A DNA stretch of 61,553 nucleotides from Candidatus Parcubacteria bacterium (GCA_021731495.1 JAKFXG010000002.1:1-61553), one strand, 5' to 3'; numbered from the stretch's first letter, positions 43,628-52,134 are shown. Program-made: numbers and translations. Notes: generated from the sequence alone by a model not told the origin.

Positions 43628-44080
43628 ATGCAACTCCACTCATTTTCACCTCGCACCAAGAATAGGAAAAATCCGCCCGTGGGGCGGGGCGGAAAGCGCG
43701 GCAAGACTTCCGGTCGCGGCGGTAAAGGGCAGACGGCGCGCGCCGGACACAAGATACGCCCGGAGGTTCGCGACCTCATTAAGAAACTCCCGAAGCTTCG
43801 CGGTCACGGAAAGAATCGCGCACGGAGCGTTCGAACCAACCGCATTGCCGTGTCCGCGGTGAACCTCTCTGCGCTCGAAGCGGCCTACAAGGCGGGCGAG
43901 ACCGTCTCGCCCGCAACGCTGCTTGCGAAGGGTCTTGTGCGCCGCGCGAAAGGGCGCGCGCCGGCTGTGAAGATTCTCGGTGCGGGATCGCTCACGAAGG
44001 CACTCGTCGTCGAAGGGTGTACACTTTCTGCATCTGCTCTCGCGGCACTCACCGCGGCTGGAGGTACAAACCATGCTTAA
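43628..44080 (+). CDS. rplO: 50S ribosomal protein L15 (directly follows rpsE; no L30 gene)
   Basis: GRGGKRGKTSGRGGKGQTARAG. Confidence 0.96.
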   Translation: MQLHSFSPRTKNRKNPPVGRGGKRGKTSGRGGKGQTARAGHKIRPEVRDLIKKLPKLRGHGKNRARSVRTNRIAVSAVNLSALEAAYKAGETVSPATLLAKGLVRRAKGRAPAVKILGAGSLTKALVVEGCTLSASALAALTAAGGTNHA

Positions 44081-45347
44081 TTCTCTCATTCGCAAACTCA
44101 AACTTGCTTTCGGCGATCCTGAAATCCGTTTTCGTATTTTCTTTGTCATCGCGGCGCTCGTGCTTTTCCGTTTTCTCGCGGCAATTCCGATTCCGGGCGT
44201 CGATAAGAATGCGCTTGCCGCCTTCTTTTCAGACAACCAATTCTTCGGTCTCCTGAATATCTTCTCGGGCGGCGGCCTTTCACAGCTTTCGATCGTGATG
44301 CTCGGCGTAGGTCCCTACATCACTGCCTCGATCATCATGCAGCTCGGCACCATTATTTTCCCGCAGGTGAAGCAGGCGTACTTTGAGGAGGGAGAAGCCG
44401 GCCGCGCGAAGTTCATCGAGTGGAGCCGTCTGCTCACCATTCCGATGGCCGTTCTGCAAGCCGTCGCCTTTCTATTCTTGCTTGAGGGCCAAGGCGTCAT
44501 TTCGCATCTTGGCACCATGGCGCTTATTGCGAACATCGCACTCGTCACGGCCGGCTCTCTGCTCCTCATGTGGCTTGGCGAGCTGGTGACCGAATTTGGC
44601 ATCGGCAACGGGGTGTCGCTCATTATTCTCGCGGGAATCCTCGCAACCGTGCCTGGAAGTATCTCGCAAGCCATCTTTGCCGCTACTGCCGCAAATATTC
44701 CTGCGTACCTTGCATTTACCGTTCTCGGACTTGCGATGATTTACGCGGTGGTAGTCGTCTCCGATGCCGAGCGCTCGATACCGATTGCCTATGCGCGCGC
44801 CGTGCGCGGAGCGGCGCTTTCCAAAGGCGCAGCGACCTATCTTCCAATCCGGCTTCTCCAGGCAGGCGTGATACCGATTATTTTCGCGCTCTCGCTCCTG
44901 CTTCTGCCGCAAATGGCGCTTTCAGCGCTCGCGGCGCTGGAATTGTCATTCGCATCAAGCGCGGCGCTCTGGTACACCGCATTCCTCTCCAATCCATGGA
45001 ACTACGGCGCAGTGTATTTCTTACTTGTCGTGCTTTTCACATACTTCTACACCGCAGTTACTTTCGAGCCGCATCGTGTCGCGGAGAATCTCCAAAAGTC
45101 GGGAGCCTTCGTTCCTGGAGTACGTCCCGGTCGTGAGACGGAAGAGTACATCGGCAAGGTCGTGAATCGCGTTACGCTTCCCGGGGCTGCCTTCCTTGGT
45201 CTTATCGCCGTTTCGCCGTCGATCATTCAAGGACTCACCGGCGTTACGACGCTCGTACTCGGCGGTACCGCGCTCCTCATCGCCGTCCAGGTTGCACTCG
45301 ACCTCGCTCGTAAGATCGACGCGCAAGTTTCTCTTCGCGAATACTAA
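44073..45347 (+). CDS. secY: preprotein translocase subunit SecY
   Basis: 10-TM SecY sequence; start MLNSLIRKLK overlaps the rplO stop. Confidence 0.96.
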   Translation: MLNSLIRKLKLAFGDPEIRFRIFFVIAALVLFRFLAAIPIPGVDKNALAAFFSDNQFFGLLNIFSGGGLSQLSIVMLGVGPYITASIIMQLGTIIFPQVKQAYFEEGEAGRAKFIEWSRLLTIPMAVLQAVAFLFLLEGQGVISHLGTMALIANIALVTAGSLLLMWLGELVTEFGIGNGVSLIILAGILATVPGSISQAIFAATAANIPAYLAFTVLGLAMIYAVVVVSDAERSIPIAYARAVRGAALSKGAATYLPIRLLQAGVIPIIFALSLLLLPQMALSALAALELSFASSAALWYTAFLSNPWNYGAVYFLLVVLFTYFYTAVTFEPHRVAENLQKSGAFVPGVRPGRETEEYIGKVVNRVTLPGAAFLGLIAVSPSIIQGLTGVTTLVLGGTALLIAVQVALDLARKIDAQVSLREY

Positions 45348-45366
45348 AAGGTGGTAGAGTAATTGG

Positions 45367-45933
45367 ATGGAAACACGGACTATTTTCTTCGTCGGGAAGC
45401 CGGGGTGCGGAAAGGGAACACAAGCGAAATTGCTTTCAGAGAAAACTGGTTGGGCGGTCATATCGGCGGGCAAGCAGTTCCGGGCAATAGCCGCCGAAGA
45501 CACTCCCGTCGGGCGGAAAGTAAAGTCTGAAATGGACGCCGGACTTTTGGCACCGCACTGGTTCGCGATGTACCTCTACCAAAAAGCTCTCTTCTCACTC
45601 CCCGATGACACGAGCGTTATCTTCGACGGATTTAATCGCAAGGTGCCCGAGGCGGAACTTATCATCGAATCCCTCTCATGGCTTACGCGGCCGTTTTCTG
45701 TTTTGTATTTGCACGTATCCGACGATGAGGTTCGCCGTCGTCTTGCCGGCCGTAAAGAGACCGATGGTCGCGCCGATGATGCCGTTGTCGACGAACGCTT
45801 ACATGAGTACTACGAGCATACGGCCCCCGCAATCGAGCTGTTTCGGAATGCCGGCGCGCTCACCGAGATACACGGCGAACAGCCACCTGAGAAAATCGCT
45901 GCCGACATCCGCACAGCGCTCAATGTACAATGA
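45367..45933 (+). CDS. adk: adenylate kinase
   Basis: GKPGCGKGTQA P-loop; position after secY. Confidence 0.93.
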   Translation: METRTIFFVGKPGCGKGTQAKLLSEKTGWAVISAGKQFRAIAAEDTPVGRKVKSEMDAGLLAPHWFAMYLYQKALFSLPDDTSVIFDGFNRKVPEAELIIESLSWLTRPFSVLYLHVSDDEVRRRLAGRKETDGRADDAVVDERLHEYYEHTAPAIELFRNAGALTEIHGEQPPEKIAADIRTALNVQ

Positions 45934-46694
45934 CGATACAGAACGATACTGAGCGGGCGAACCTCATCGAAGCGGGGAGGCGTCTTGCGGCCGTGCTTGA
46001 AGCGCTTCGCATGAAAGTAGCTCCCGGCGTGACTTCCGAAGAACTTGATGATTTGGCGGAACAGCTCATACGCGGCGGAGGCGACGAACCATCGTTCCTC
46101 GGCTACACACCCGAGGGCGCGCATCGGGCATATCCGGCAGCGCTTTGCGTCTCGATAAACGACGAAGTGGTCCATGGCATTCCGAACGAATCGGTAAAGA
46201 CCTTGAAAGAGGGCGATATCGTCGGCCTCGATCTCGGACTTACCCACAAGGGCATCGTGGTTGATGCGGCTATCACGGTACCGGTTGGCCAAGTGGACGA
46301 GGAATCAAAGAGACTCCTTGCCGCGACCGAGCAATCACTCATGGCGGGAGTCAGGGCCGCCGTGCCGGGGAAACACATCGGGGACATCTCGCACGCTATT
46401 CAGGAGGAAATTGAGCATGCGGGCTTTAAGGTGGTGAAAGAACTTGGCGGGCATGGTGTGGGCGATGTTGTCCACGAGGAGCCGTTCATTCCCAATTACG
46501 GGCGCGTGGGTGAAGGGGCAATACTTTCCGAAGGGATGGTGCTGGCGCTTGAACCCATTTCCTCGGCCGGTAAGGCGGCGGTCACCCTCGCACCCGACGG
46601 CTACACGTATCGGACCAAGGACGGCTCCAGGAGCGCCCACTTTGAGCACACCATCTTGATAGAAAAGGATGGAGCGCGTATCATAACCGGATAA
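45930..46694 (+). CDS. map: type I methionine aminopeptidase
   Basis: ..VVHGIP......GDIV.LD......G...D...T..VG and GHG.G...HE.P motifs. Confidence 0.95.
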   Translation: MTIQNDTERANLIEAGRRLAAVLEALRMKVAPGVTSEELDDLAEQLIRGGGDEPSFLGYTPEGAHRAYPAALCVSINDEVVHGIPNESVKTLKEGDIVGLDLGLTHKGIVVDAAITVPVGQVDEESKRLLAATEQSLMAGVRAAVPGKHIGDISHAIQEEIEHAGFKVVKELGGHGVGDVVHEEPFIPNYGRVGEGAILSEGMVLALEPISSAGKAAVTLAPDGYTYRTKDGSRSAHFEHTILIEKDGARIITG

Positions 46695-46739
46695 CCGCAA
46701 CCCAGGCGTCCGCCATCTGGCGGATTAATTTTTAAAACT

Positions 46740-47345
46740 ATGGCCCATCCAAAAACTGAACGAACACTCGTCATCGTAAAGCCCGACGGCATCCAGCGCG
46801 CCCTTATCGGCGAGATCATGAAGCGATATGAACGAACCGGCCTCAAGCTTGTCGCACTCAAAATGCTCGTCCCGACCGAAGAGATGATTGAAGAGCACTA
46901 CCTACTCGATCCGAACTGGAAGAAGAATGTCGGCGAGAAAGCAATCGCGAGCTATGTGAAAAAAGGGGAGACGCCTCCTTCAAATGATCCTATTGAACTT
47001 GCCGATCTGATTGTTGCACGCCTAAAGAAATACATGACCAGCGGGCCGGTCATCGCGATGGTATGGGAAGGCGCCCACTCGGTTGAATTAGTGCGCAAAG
47101 TCACGGGCGGTACCGAGCCGAGAAGCGCCGGCGTCGGTACTATTCGCGGCGATTTCGTTCTTGATTCCTACCAGATGGCGGACTCTGCCGACCGTGCGAT
47201 TCGCAATCTCATCCATGCGTCGGGTACCGTTCCAGAGGCAGAGATGGAGATTCCGCACTGGTTTGCGAAAGAAGAGATCATCAGTTATCGCGTGCCGCAC
47301 GAAGCGACGCTCTACGACGTTGATTTGAATAATATCCTCGGATAA
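46740..47345 (+). CDS. ndk: nucleoside-diphosphate kinase (long form with an internal insertion)
   Basis: ERTLVIVKPDGIQRALIGEIMKRYE..GLKLVALKM, TIRGDF, NLIHAS. Confidence 0.85.
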   Translation: MAHPKTERTLVIVKPDGIQRALIGEIMKRYERTGLKLVALKMLVPTEEMIEEHYLLDPNWKKNVGEKAIASYVKKGETPPSNDPIELADLIVARLKKYMTSGPVIAMVWEGAHSVELVRKVTGGTEPRSAGVGTIRGDFVLDSYQMADSADRAIRNLIHASGTVPEAEMEIPHWFAKEEIISYRVPHEATLYDVDLNNILG

Positions 47346-47382
47346 AACCAAAAGCCCCGCTAGAAGCGGGGCTTTTGGTTTT
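47344..47382 (+). terminator. rho-independent terminator after ndk
   Basis: AAAACCAAAAGCCCCGC-TAGAA-GCGGGGCTTTTGGTTTT. Confidence 0.8.
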
Positions 47383-47420
47383 CCACATGCATTTATCAAA
47401 AATCGGGTATACTTTCACAT

Positions 47421-47597
47421 GGAGCTGTTCCTAAAAACGCAACTTGCCTAATGCAAGGGGTTTCGGAGTCGTCAGTGGCAATGTGAGCGATATTCGTTCC
47501 TACGCTACTGCGCAGGAACCCCACCTGGAAAATAAAGTTGCATTAGGGAATGGCTCCACGAAAAAACCGCTCTGTAGAGAGCGGTTTTTTCGTGGAG
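47421..47597 (+). promoter_or_regulatory. structured leader (multi-stem) ending in a 20-bp terminator hairpin (47554-47597); candidate riboswitch or attenuator
   Basis: P1 47421-47431/47547-47557 (11 bp), 47439-47445/47535-47541, hairpin 47496-47519. The terminator CTCCACGAAAAAACCGCTCT-GTAG-AGAGCGGTTTTTTCGTGGAG ends 20 nt before the ATG. Confidence 0.45.
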
Positions 47598-47617
47598 TGC
47601 CGTGGTACATTTTATGC

Positions 47618-49030
47618 ATGTCATTGCGATTAAGTTTTTATGGCGGAGCAGGGAAGGTGACCGGATCAAATTTTCTTATTGAAGGGGCAAATGGAAAAGT
47701 CCTTGTCGACTGCGGCATCGAACAAGGCGCTGACTTTTGTGAAGAATGCGTGTATGGGCCGTTCCCGTACGACGTGAAGGCGATCGACGCGCTTGTCGTC
47801 ACGCATGCGCATCTCGATCACGTCGGCCGTATTCCAAAGCTCGTGCGGGACGGTTTTCGCGGAAAGATTTACATGACACCGGCGACGCGCGACCTCGCCG
47901 AACTCATCATGCGCGACTCGGTCGGCATCCTGAGCGAAGAGGCCTCTCGTCGAGATATTGCGCCACTCTACGGGGAGAAAGATGTTGATGCAACTTCCTC
48001 ACTCATCGAAACGCTTGAGTATCATACCGAAAAAGAAATTCCTGCCTGCCGGCAGGCAGGGCCCACGGGACTCTCAGTGTATCTCCGCAACACCGGCCAC
48101 ATCCTCGGCTCGGCGAGTGTGCGCATCAAGGATGAGGAGGGCGTTGCCGTTGCGCTCACGGGCGACATCGGCAACTCTCCTTCGCCACTACTGCCTGACT
48201 GGGAACCAGTGACCGACGCGGATGCACTTGTTATGGAGAGCGTGTATGGCGACCGAAATCACCCGAGCCAGCAGGCTCGCACCGAGATCTTGGCCGAGGT
48301 ATTGAAGCGCGCAATAGCAAAAGGCGGCGCTATTCTCATTCCCGCCTTCTCGCTTGAGCGCACACAACTGATGCTCTATGAACTCTCAAACTTTTTTTCC
48401 GCAGGGACGCTCCCAAAGATCCCCGTGTTTCTGGACTCGCCGCTTGCCATCAAGGTGACCACCGTCTACGAGAAGTGGGGTCCAACGTACTTTAAGCCCG
48501 AAACCGAGGATGAGATGAAGCGAGAGGAAAGTATTTTTGAATTTCCGTTTTTGAAACAGACCCCTTCGCGCGAGGAGTCGATGTCGATAGAGAAGGTGCC
48601 GGGCCCGAAGATCATCATCGCCGGTGCAGGCATGAGTCACGGCGGCCGTATCGGTCACTGGGAGACGCGCCACCTGCCCGATCCCTCATCCACGCTCATT
48701 ATCGTCGGGTACCAGGCTCCCGGGACGCCCGGGCGGCGTATGATGGAGGGAGCATCGAGCGTGCGGCTCGGCGGCAATGAGATAAAAATTAAGGCCAAGG
48801 TCGAGAATCTCACGGGATGGTCCGCACATGCCGACCGCGATGAATTGCTCAAATTTGCGCACGCATCACTGCCGCGCCCAAAAGCCATTTTCACTGCCAT
48901 CGGTGAGCCTTCAGCTGAACGTTTCCTTGCTCAGCGCATCCACGACTACCTCGGCGCGCGCGCCATCGTTCCCGAGTCAGGGCAGACCTGGGAGATTACC
49001 AAGGATTCAGTCAAACAAGTTCCGGTTTAG
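47618..49030 (+). CDS. MBL-fold beta-CASP ribonuclease (CPSF/RNase J-related)
   Basis: MSLRLSFYGGAGKVTGSNFLIE, HAHLDHVGRIP, beta-CASP region, C-terminal SAHAD. Confidence 0.85.
   Translation: MSLRLSFYGGAGKVTGSNFLIEGANGKVLVDCGIEQGADFCEECVYGPFPYDVKAIDALVVTHAHLDHVGRIPKLVRDGFRGKIYMTPATRDLAELIMRDSVGILSEEASRRDIAPLYGEKDVDATSSLIETLEYHTEKEIPACRQAGPTGLSVYLRNTGHILGSASVRIKDEEGVAVALTGDIGNSPSPLLPDWEPVTDADALVMESVYGDRNHPSQQARTEILAEVLKRAIAKGGAILIPAFSLERTQLMLYELSNFFSAGTLPKIPVFLDSPLAIKVTTVYEKWGPTYFKPETEDEMKREESIFEFPFLKQTPSREESMSIEKVPGPKIIIAGAGMSHGGRIGHWETRHLPDPSSTLIIVGYQAPGTPGRRMMEGASSVRLGGNEIKIKAKVENLTGWSAHADRDELLKFAHASLPRPKAIFTAIGEPSAERFLAQRIHDYLGARAIVPESGQTWEITKDSVKQVPV
48961..49011 (+). repeat. 51-bp direct repeat, copy 1 (3' end of the beta-CASP gene)
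   Basis: Identical to 49770-49820. Confidence 0.9.
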
Positions 49031-49091
49031 CTAGCGGTAGTGTACCGCCGCTCCTATCAAATGTTGACTACGACCGTGGTACACTTTTGAT

Positions 49092-49673
49092 ATGGGAATC
49101 GTAGAGTCGGAAGCGAGGAAGAAGCGTGTGTATACCAACGTGCAACAAGCATTGCTTGTTACGGTCGCACTCACTGGTGTGGCTCTTGTTGCAGCCATAG
49201 CGCCGAATACGCCCGCGGCGTTGGCTAAATTACCGAGTGTAAAAAGAGCACAACTGCGATATCAATACAGAACGGCACTTGGAAGGCTCGCCGCAAAAGG
49301 ACACATCGTCTTTGAAAAACGCGACGGGAAACAGTATGCCAGGATTACCGAGTCGGGTCGCAAGGTTCTCGTGTTCGAGCAAGAGAAAGTGAAGTTCAGC
49401 GTCACTAGAAAAAGACGATGGAACGGGAGATGGCGAGTGGTCATTTTCGACATACCTGAACGCCGTCGCCGGACACGAGATCGACTCAGGAATCTGATGC
49501 TAGAGACAGGTTTTGTGCGGCTCCAGGATAGCGTCTGGGTCTTCCCTTACGACTGCGAGGATTTCATTTCTTTAGTAAAAGCGGAGTTAAAAATCGGTTC
49601 GGCCATCTTGTACATGGTTGTTGAACACATAGAAAATGATACGCATCTGCGTGCCCACTTCGGTCTGAAATAA
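49092..49673 (+). CDS. PaaX-like protein (hydrophobic N-segment, winged helix, Cas2-fold-like WRVVIFDIPE...LQDSVWVFP domain)
   Basis: The W.GRWRVVIFDIPERRRRTRDRLRNLMLETGFVRLQDSVWVFP pattern is typical of the PaaX central domain. Confidence 0.65.
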   Translation: MGIVESEARKKRVYTNVQQALLVTVALTGVALVAAIAPNTPAALAKLPSVKRAQLRYQYRTALGRLAAKGHIVFEKRDGKQYARITESGRKVLVFEQEKVKFSVTRKRRWNGRWRVVIFDIPERRRRTRDRLRNLMLETGFVRLQDSVWVFPYDCEDFISLVKAELKIGSAILYMVVEHIENDTHLRAHFGLK

Positions 49674-49769
49674 GTCTCGGATACCAGCGCGAGCATATCA
49701 AAAGTTATATACGACCGTTGTATTAATTTGATATCTTCCATTATCTTGTGGTACACAGATGAAAGCCAA

Positions 49770-49833
49770 CGCCATCGTTCCCGAGTCAGGGCAGACCTGG
49801 GAGATTACCAAGGATTCAGTGAAAAAGATTTAA
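49770..49833 (+). pseudogene. 51-bp direct repeat, copy 2, forming an orphan 3' fragment of the beta-CASP gene (AIVPESGQTWEITKDSVKKI*)
   Basis: Identical 51 nt, then a diverged tail with its own stop and terminator. Confidence 0.7.
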
Positions 49834-49867
49834 AACAAAAACCACTCCTTTCGGAGCGGTTTTTGTT
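49832..49867. terminator. bidirectional terminator (beta-CASP fragment / rplT)
   Basis: AAAACAAAAACCACTCC-TTTC-GGAGCGGTTTTTGTT. Confidence 0.7.
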
Positions 49868-50213
49868 AGACGACTTGCTTAGCGATGCGGGCGAAAACTT
49901 CAGGATGTTCGGAAGCAAACTCTGCGAGGACTTTACGGTCGAGCGCAAAACCGGTCTTCTTCAGCTTTGCGATGAACGTACTGTAGGACTTGTGACCATT
50001 GTCGCGGACAGCGGCGTTGAGGCGCACGATCCAAAGCTGACGGAAATCGGTCTTCTTGTCACGACGGTGGGCGAAGGCGTAGCGGCCTGCGCGCATGAGC
50101 GCCTCGTGTGCGTAACGCTCCTTCTTAGAGCGGATGCCTCGGTAGCCCTTGGCCCTCTCGAGGACATTCTTGCGGCGTTTCTGCGCCATAACTCCACCTT
50201 TGATTCGTGTCAT
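49866..50213 (-). CDS. rplT: 50S ribosomal protein L20
   Basis: MTRIKGGVMAQKRRKNVLERAKGYRG.... Confidence 0.96.
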   Translation of the reverse strand: MTRIKGGVMAQKRRKNVLERAKGYRGIRSKKERYAHEALMRAGRYAFAHRRDKKTDFRQLWIVRLNAAVRDNGHKSYSTFIAKLKKTGFALDRKVLAEFASEHPEVFARIAKQVV

Positions 50214-50241
50214 ACAGAAATAATTAAAAACATTAATTAAA

Positions 50242-50433
50242 TTATGCGCCTGTGCCGGGAAGGAAACGGCGGCGAACCTTTATGGTCAGGTTGAGTGCAA
50301 CGGGGCGGCGCTTGCCGCTTCTCTCGGAACCGCTCTGCTTTGCGTTGAAATGGTTTTGACCCTTCGCACGCGCCATGAGCTTCCCGTTGCGGGTAACTCG
50401 TATTCGTTTTGAGTAAGATTTGTTTGTTTTCAT
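50242..50433 (-). CDS. rpmI: 50S ribosomal protein L35
   Basis: MKTNKSYSKRIRVTRNGKLMARAKGQNHF. Confidence 0.93.
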   Translation of the reverse strand: MKTNKSYSKRIRVTRNGKLMARAKGQNHFNAKQSGSERSGKRRPVALNLTIKVRRRFLPGTGA

Positions 50434-50442
50434 GGTTTGTTT

Positions 50443-50486
50443 GCTTGCCCCGTTAGAAGTTGAGTCTGCGAGACTTTCTAACTGGG
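50443..50486. repeat. GCTTGCCCCGT...CTGGGG hairpin filling the infC-rpmI spacer
   Basis: In mRNA sense: CCCCAGUUAGAAAGUCUCGCAGACUCAACUUCUAACGGGGCAAGC, ending 9 nt before the rpmI AUG. Confidence 0.55.
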
Positions 50487-50490
50487 GTTT

Positions 50491-51048
50491 TCATGTGGTT
50501 GGTTTCTGTTCTTTCTCGCGTTTCGCCTGGGCGATGAGATCACGCTCAATGACGCCTGCAAAGCCCTTCGGGCTTCTCGTAACCGGCTCAGCGACCTTGT
50601 AGGCATAAGGAATGAGCTTGAGGAACCTCTCGAGGCGTTCCTTGAGGAATTTCTCCTCCATGCTCTTATAGCGGCCTTTTAGGAAGAGCTCAGCGCGTAC
50701 CCGGTGGCCCTCCGCGAGCCATTCAGCGGCCTTTTTAGCCTTCAATTCCATATCATGGTCGCCGGTGCCTACCTTGATCTGGACCTCCTTGGTCTCGGAT
50801 ACCTTGACCTTAGCCTTTGCTACCTTTTCCTTCTTGCTACGCTCGTATTCGAATTTACCATAATCCATGATCTTCGCAATGGGAGGGACGGCCGAGGGCG
50901 AGATCTCGATCAAATCGAGCCCGGCGGCTTTCGCTGCCGCAAGAGCGTCGGCAAGAGAGAGGACTCCGAGGTTGCTTCCATCCGCACTAATAACGCGCAA
51001 TTCTTGCGCGCGGATCTCGTTATTTAAGCGGAGTCGGTCGGTAGCCAC
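50491..51048 (-). CDS. infC: translation initiation factor IF-3 (GTG start)
   Basis: LNNEIRAQELRVISADGSNLGV....AL..A...GLDL.E. Confidence 0.95.
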   Translation of the reverse strand: MATDRLRLNNEIRAQELRVISADGSNLGVLSLADALAAAKAAGLDLIEISPSAVPPIAKIMDYGKFEYERSKKEKVAKAKVKVSETKEVQIKVGTGDHDMELKAKKAAEWLAEGHRVRAELFLKGRYKSMEEKFLKERLERFLKLIPYAYKVAEPVTRSPKGFAGVIERDLIAQAKREKEQKPTT

Positions 51049-51099
51049 TGGAAGTGCCGTAAGTGTAGCATAAAAATCACGAAGTACGCAATGCAGTGT

Positions 51100-52014
51100 T
51101 CATTTAGAGATCTGACTTGGGGTTGAGAGAATGATTTCTGCCTTATTCTTATATAAAGAAATTTCCCCCGAGAGAGTGATAACCGTTCCTTCGTAATGGG
51201 AGGGGTCGCCGAATCTCTTCACATCGTCGGCGAAGATGACGCCGGCAAACGGACAGGTCTTATAGTCCTTGCAAAAGTCGAGAAAGACAGTCCCGCTCTT
51301 AGACGTATAGGCGTCGATGAGCATGCCGCGCACGGAGGCCACTTGTCCTATGTGCCGAGGAGCTTCCGTGTAGTCTATTGTCCCAACTGAAACGGGCGCG
51401 GCCGCTCCTGCGGCCGCGCTGTTGCCTCGGTAGGCGTCAAAAAGTTTCTTCAAAATGTCCTCATACGTTCGGCGGAGCGTTTCGTCGGTGCCTATTTCGA
51501 GGATTTCGTCATTTATGGTTGTCGCTGAATTAGTCCAGTTGTAACTGCCATGCGCATATGCTGAATCGGTGACGATCGCTTTGATGTGCATGATGCCGTT
51601 GCCGCTCGCATGCTTCTCAGTTACCATGGGGATGCCGGCTCCGATAAGCTTCGCGATGATGGGGGCGCTGTAACTGCCCGCGGCCTGGCCGGAATCCACT
51701 ATGCCGCGCACATCCACTCCGCGTTTCTTCGCCGCAACGAGCGCATCGGCAATGCTGTGAATCGTAAATGTATACATCGCGAAGTAAATATGACTCCGCG
51801 CCGCTTCGATGAGCGCGATGACTTCTTTATCGGTCTGTTTCTGGTCGAGACTGTATACCACGCGTATCGAGTCGGTCGGCGGCGCCGAGACGGTCTGCGC
51901 GGGGATGTCTATGCTCGTGCCCGCCGCTTCGCTGTCGCCCGCCGCATATCCCACGCCGCCCGCCGCGAGCGCGAGTACCGCTGCGACTAATGCACGGATC
52001 ATTTTCTGGCTCAT
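51100..52014 (-). CDS. membrane-anchored or secreted PLD-family (HKD, Nuc-like) nuclease with a C-terminal OB-fold-like domain
   Basis: The MHIKAIVTD....GSYNWTNSA HKD motif, an N-terminal TM, and a C-terminal beta-rich about 90 aa. Start uncertain (52014, 52050 or 52089). Confidence 0.75.
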   Translation of the reverse strand: MSQKMIRALVAAVLALAAGGVGYAAGDSEAAGTSIDIPAQTVSAPPTDSIRVVYSLDQKQTDKEVIALIEAARSHIYFAMYTFTIHSIADALVAAKKRGVDVRGIVDSGQAAGSYSAPIIAKLIGAGIPMVTEKHASGNGIMHIKAIVTDSAYAHGSYNWTNSATTINDEILEIGTDETLRRTYEDILKKLFDAYRGNSAAAGAAAPVSVGTIDYTEAPRHIGQVASVRGMLIDAYTSKSGTVFLDFCKDYKTCPFAGVIFADDVKRFGDPSHYEGTVITLSGEISLYKNKAEIILSTPSQISK

Positions 52015-52134
52015 TGGTTTAGTATACCCCTTACCACGTTTTTCCATCATCGTAAAAATACTGCGAGCTAAAGATACAAGGTGCATCAATAAATTCGAAA
52101 GTGGTAAGGGGTATACTGCACCGGCGACGCTTGG

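Noticed and set aside
47541-47560. Calling the leader a T-box riboswitch because of UAGGGAAUGGCUCCACG.
   Set aside because: It needs a 2-nt indel to match. No Stem I specifier, AG-bulge or distal-loop motifs were found. The downstream gene is not an aminoacyl-tRNA or amino-acid gene. It is kept only as an unclassified leader.
47444-47617. 58-codon N-terminal extension of the beta-CASP ORF.
   Set aside because: It spans a perfect 20-bp terminator hairpin and the structured leader. The family N-terminus (M.L.FYGGAG.VTGS) starts at 47618.
49728-50240. 170-aa plus-strand ORF.
   Set aside because: It is antisense to rplT, which is unambiguous.
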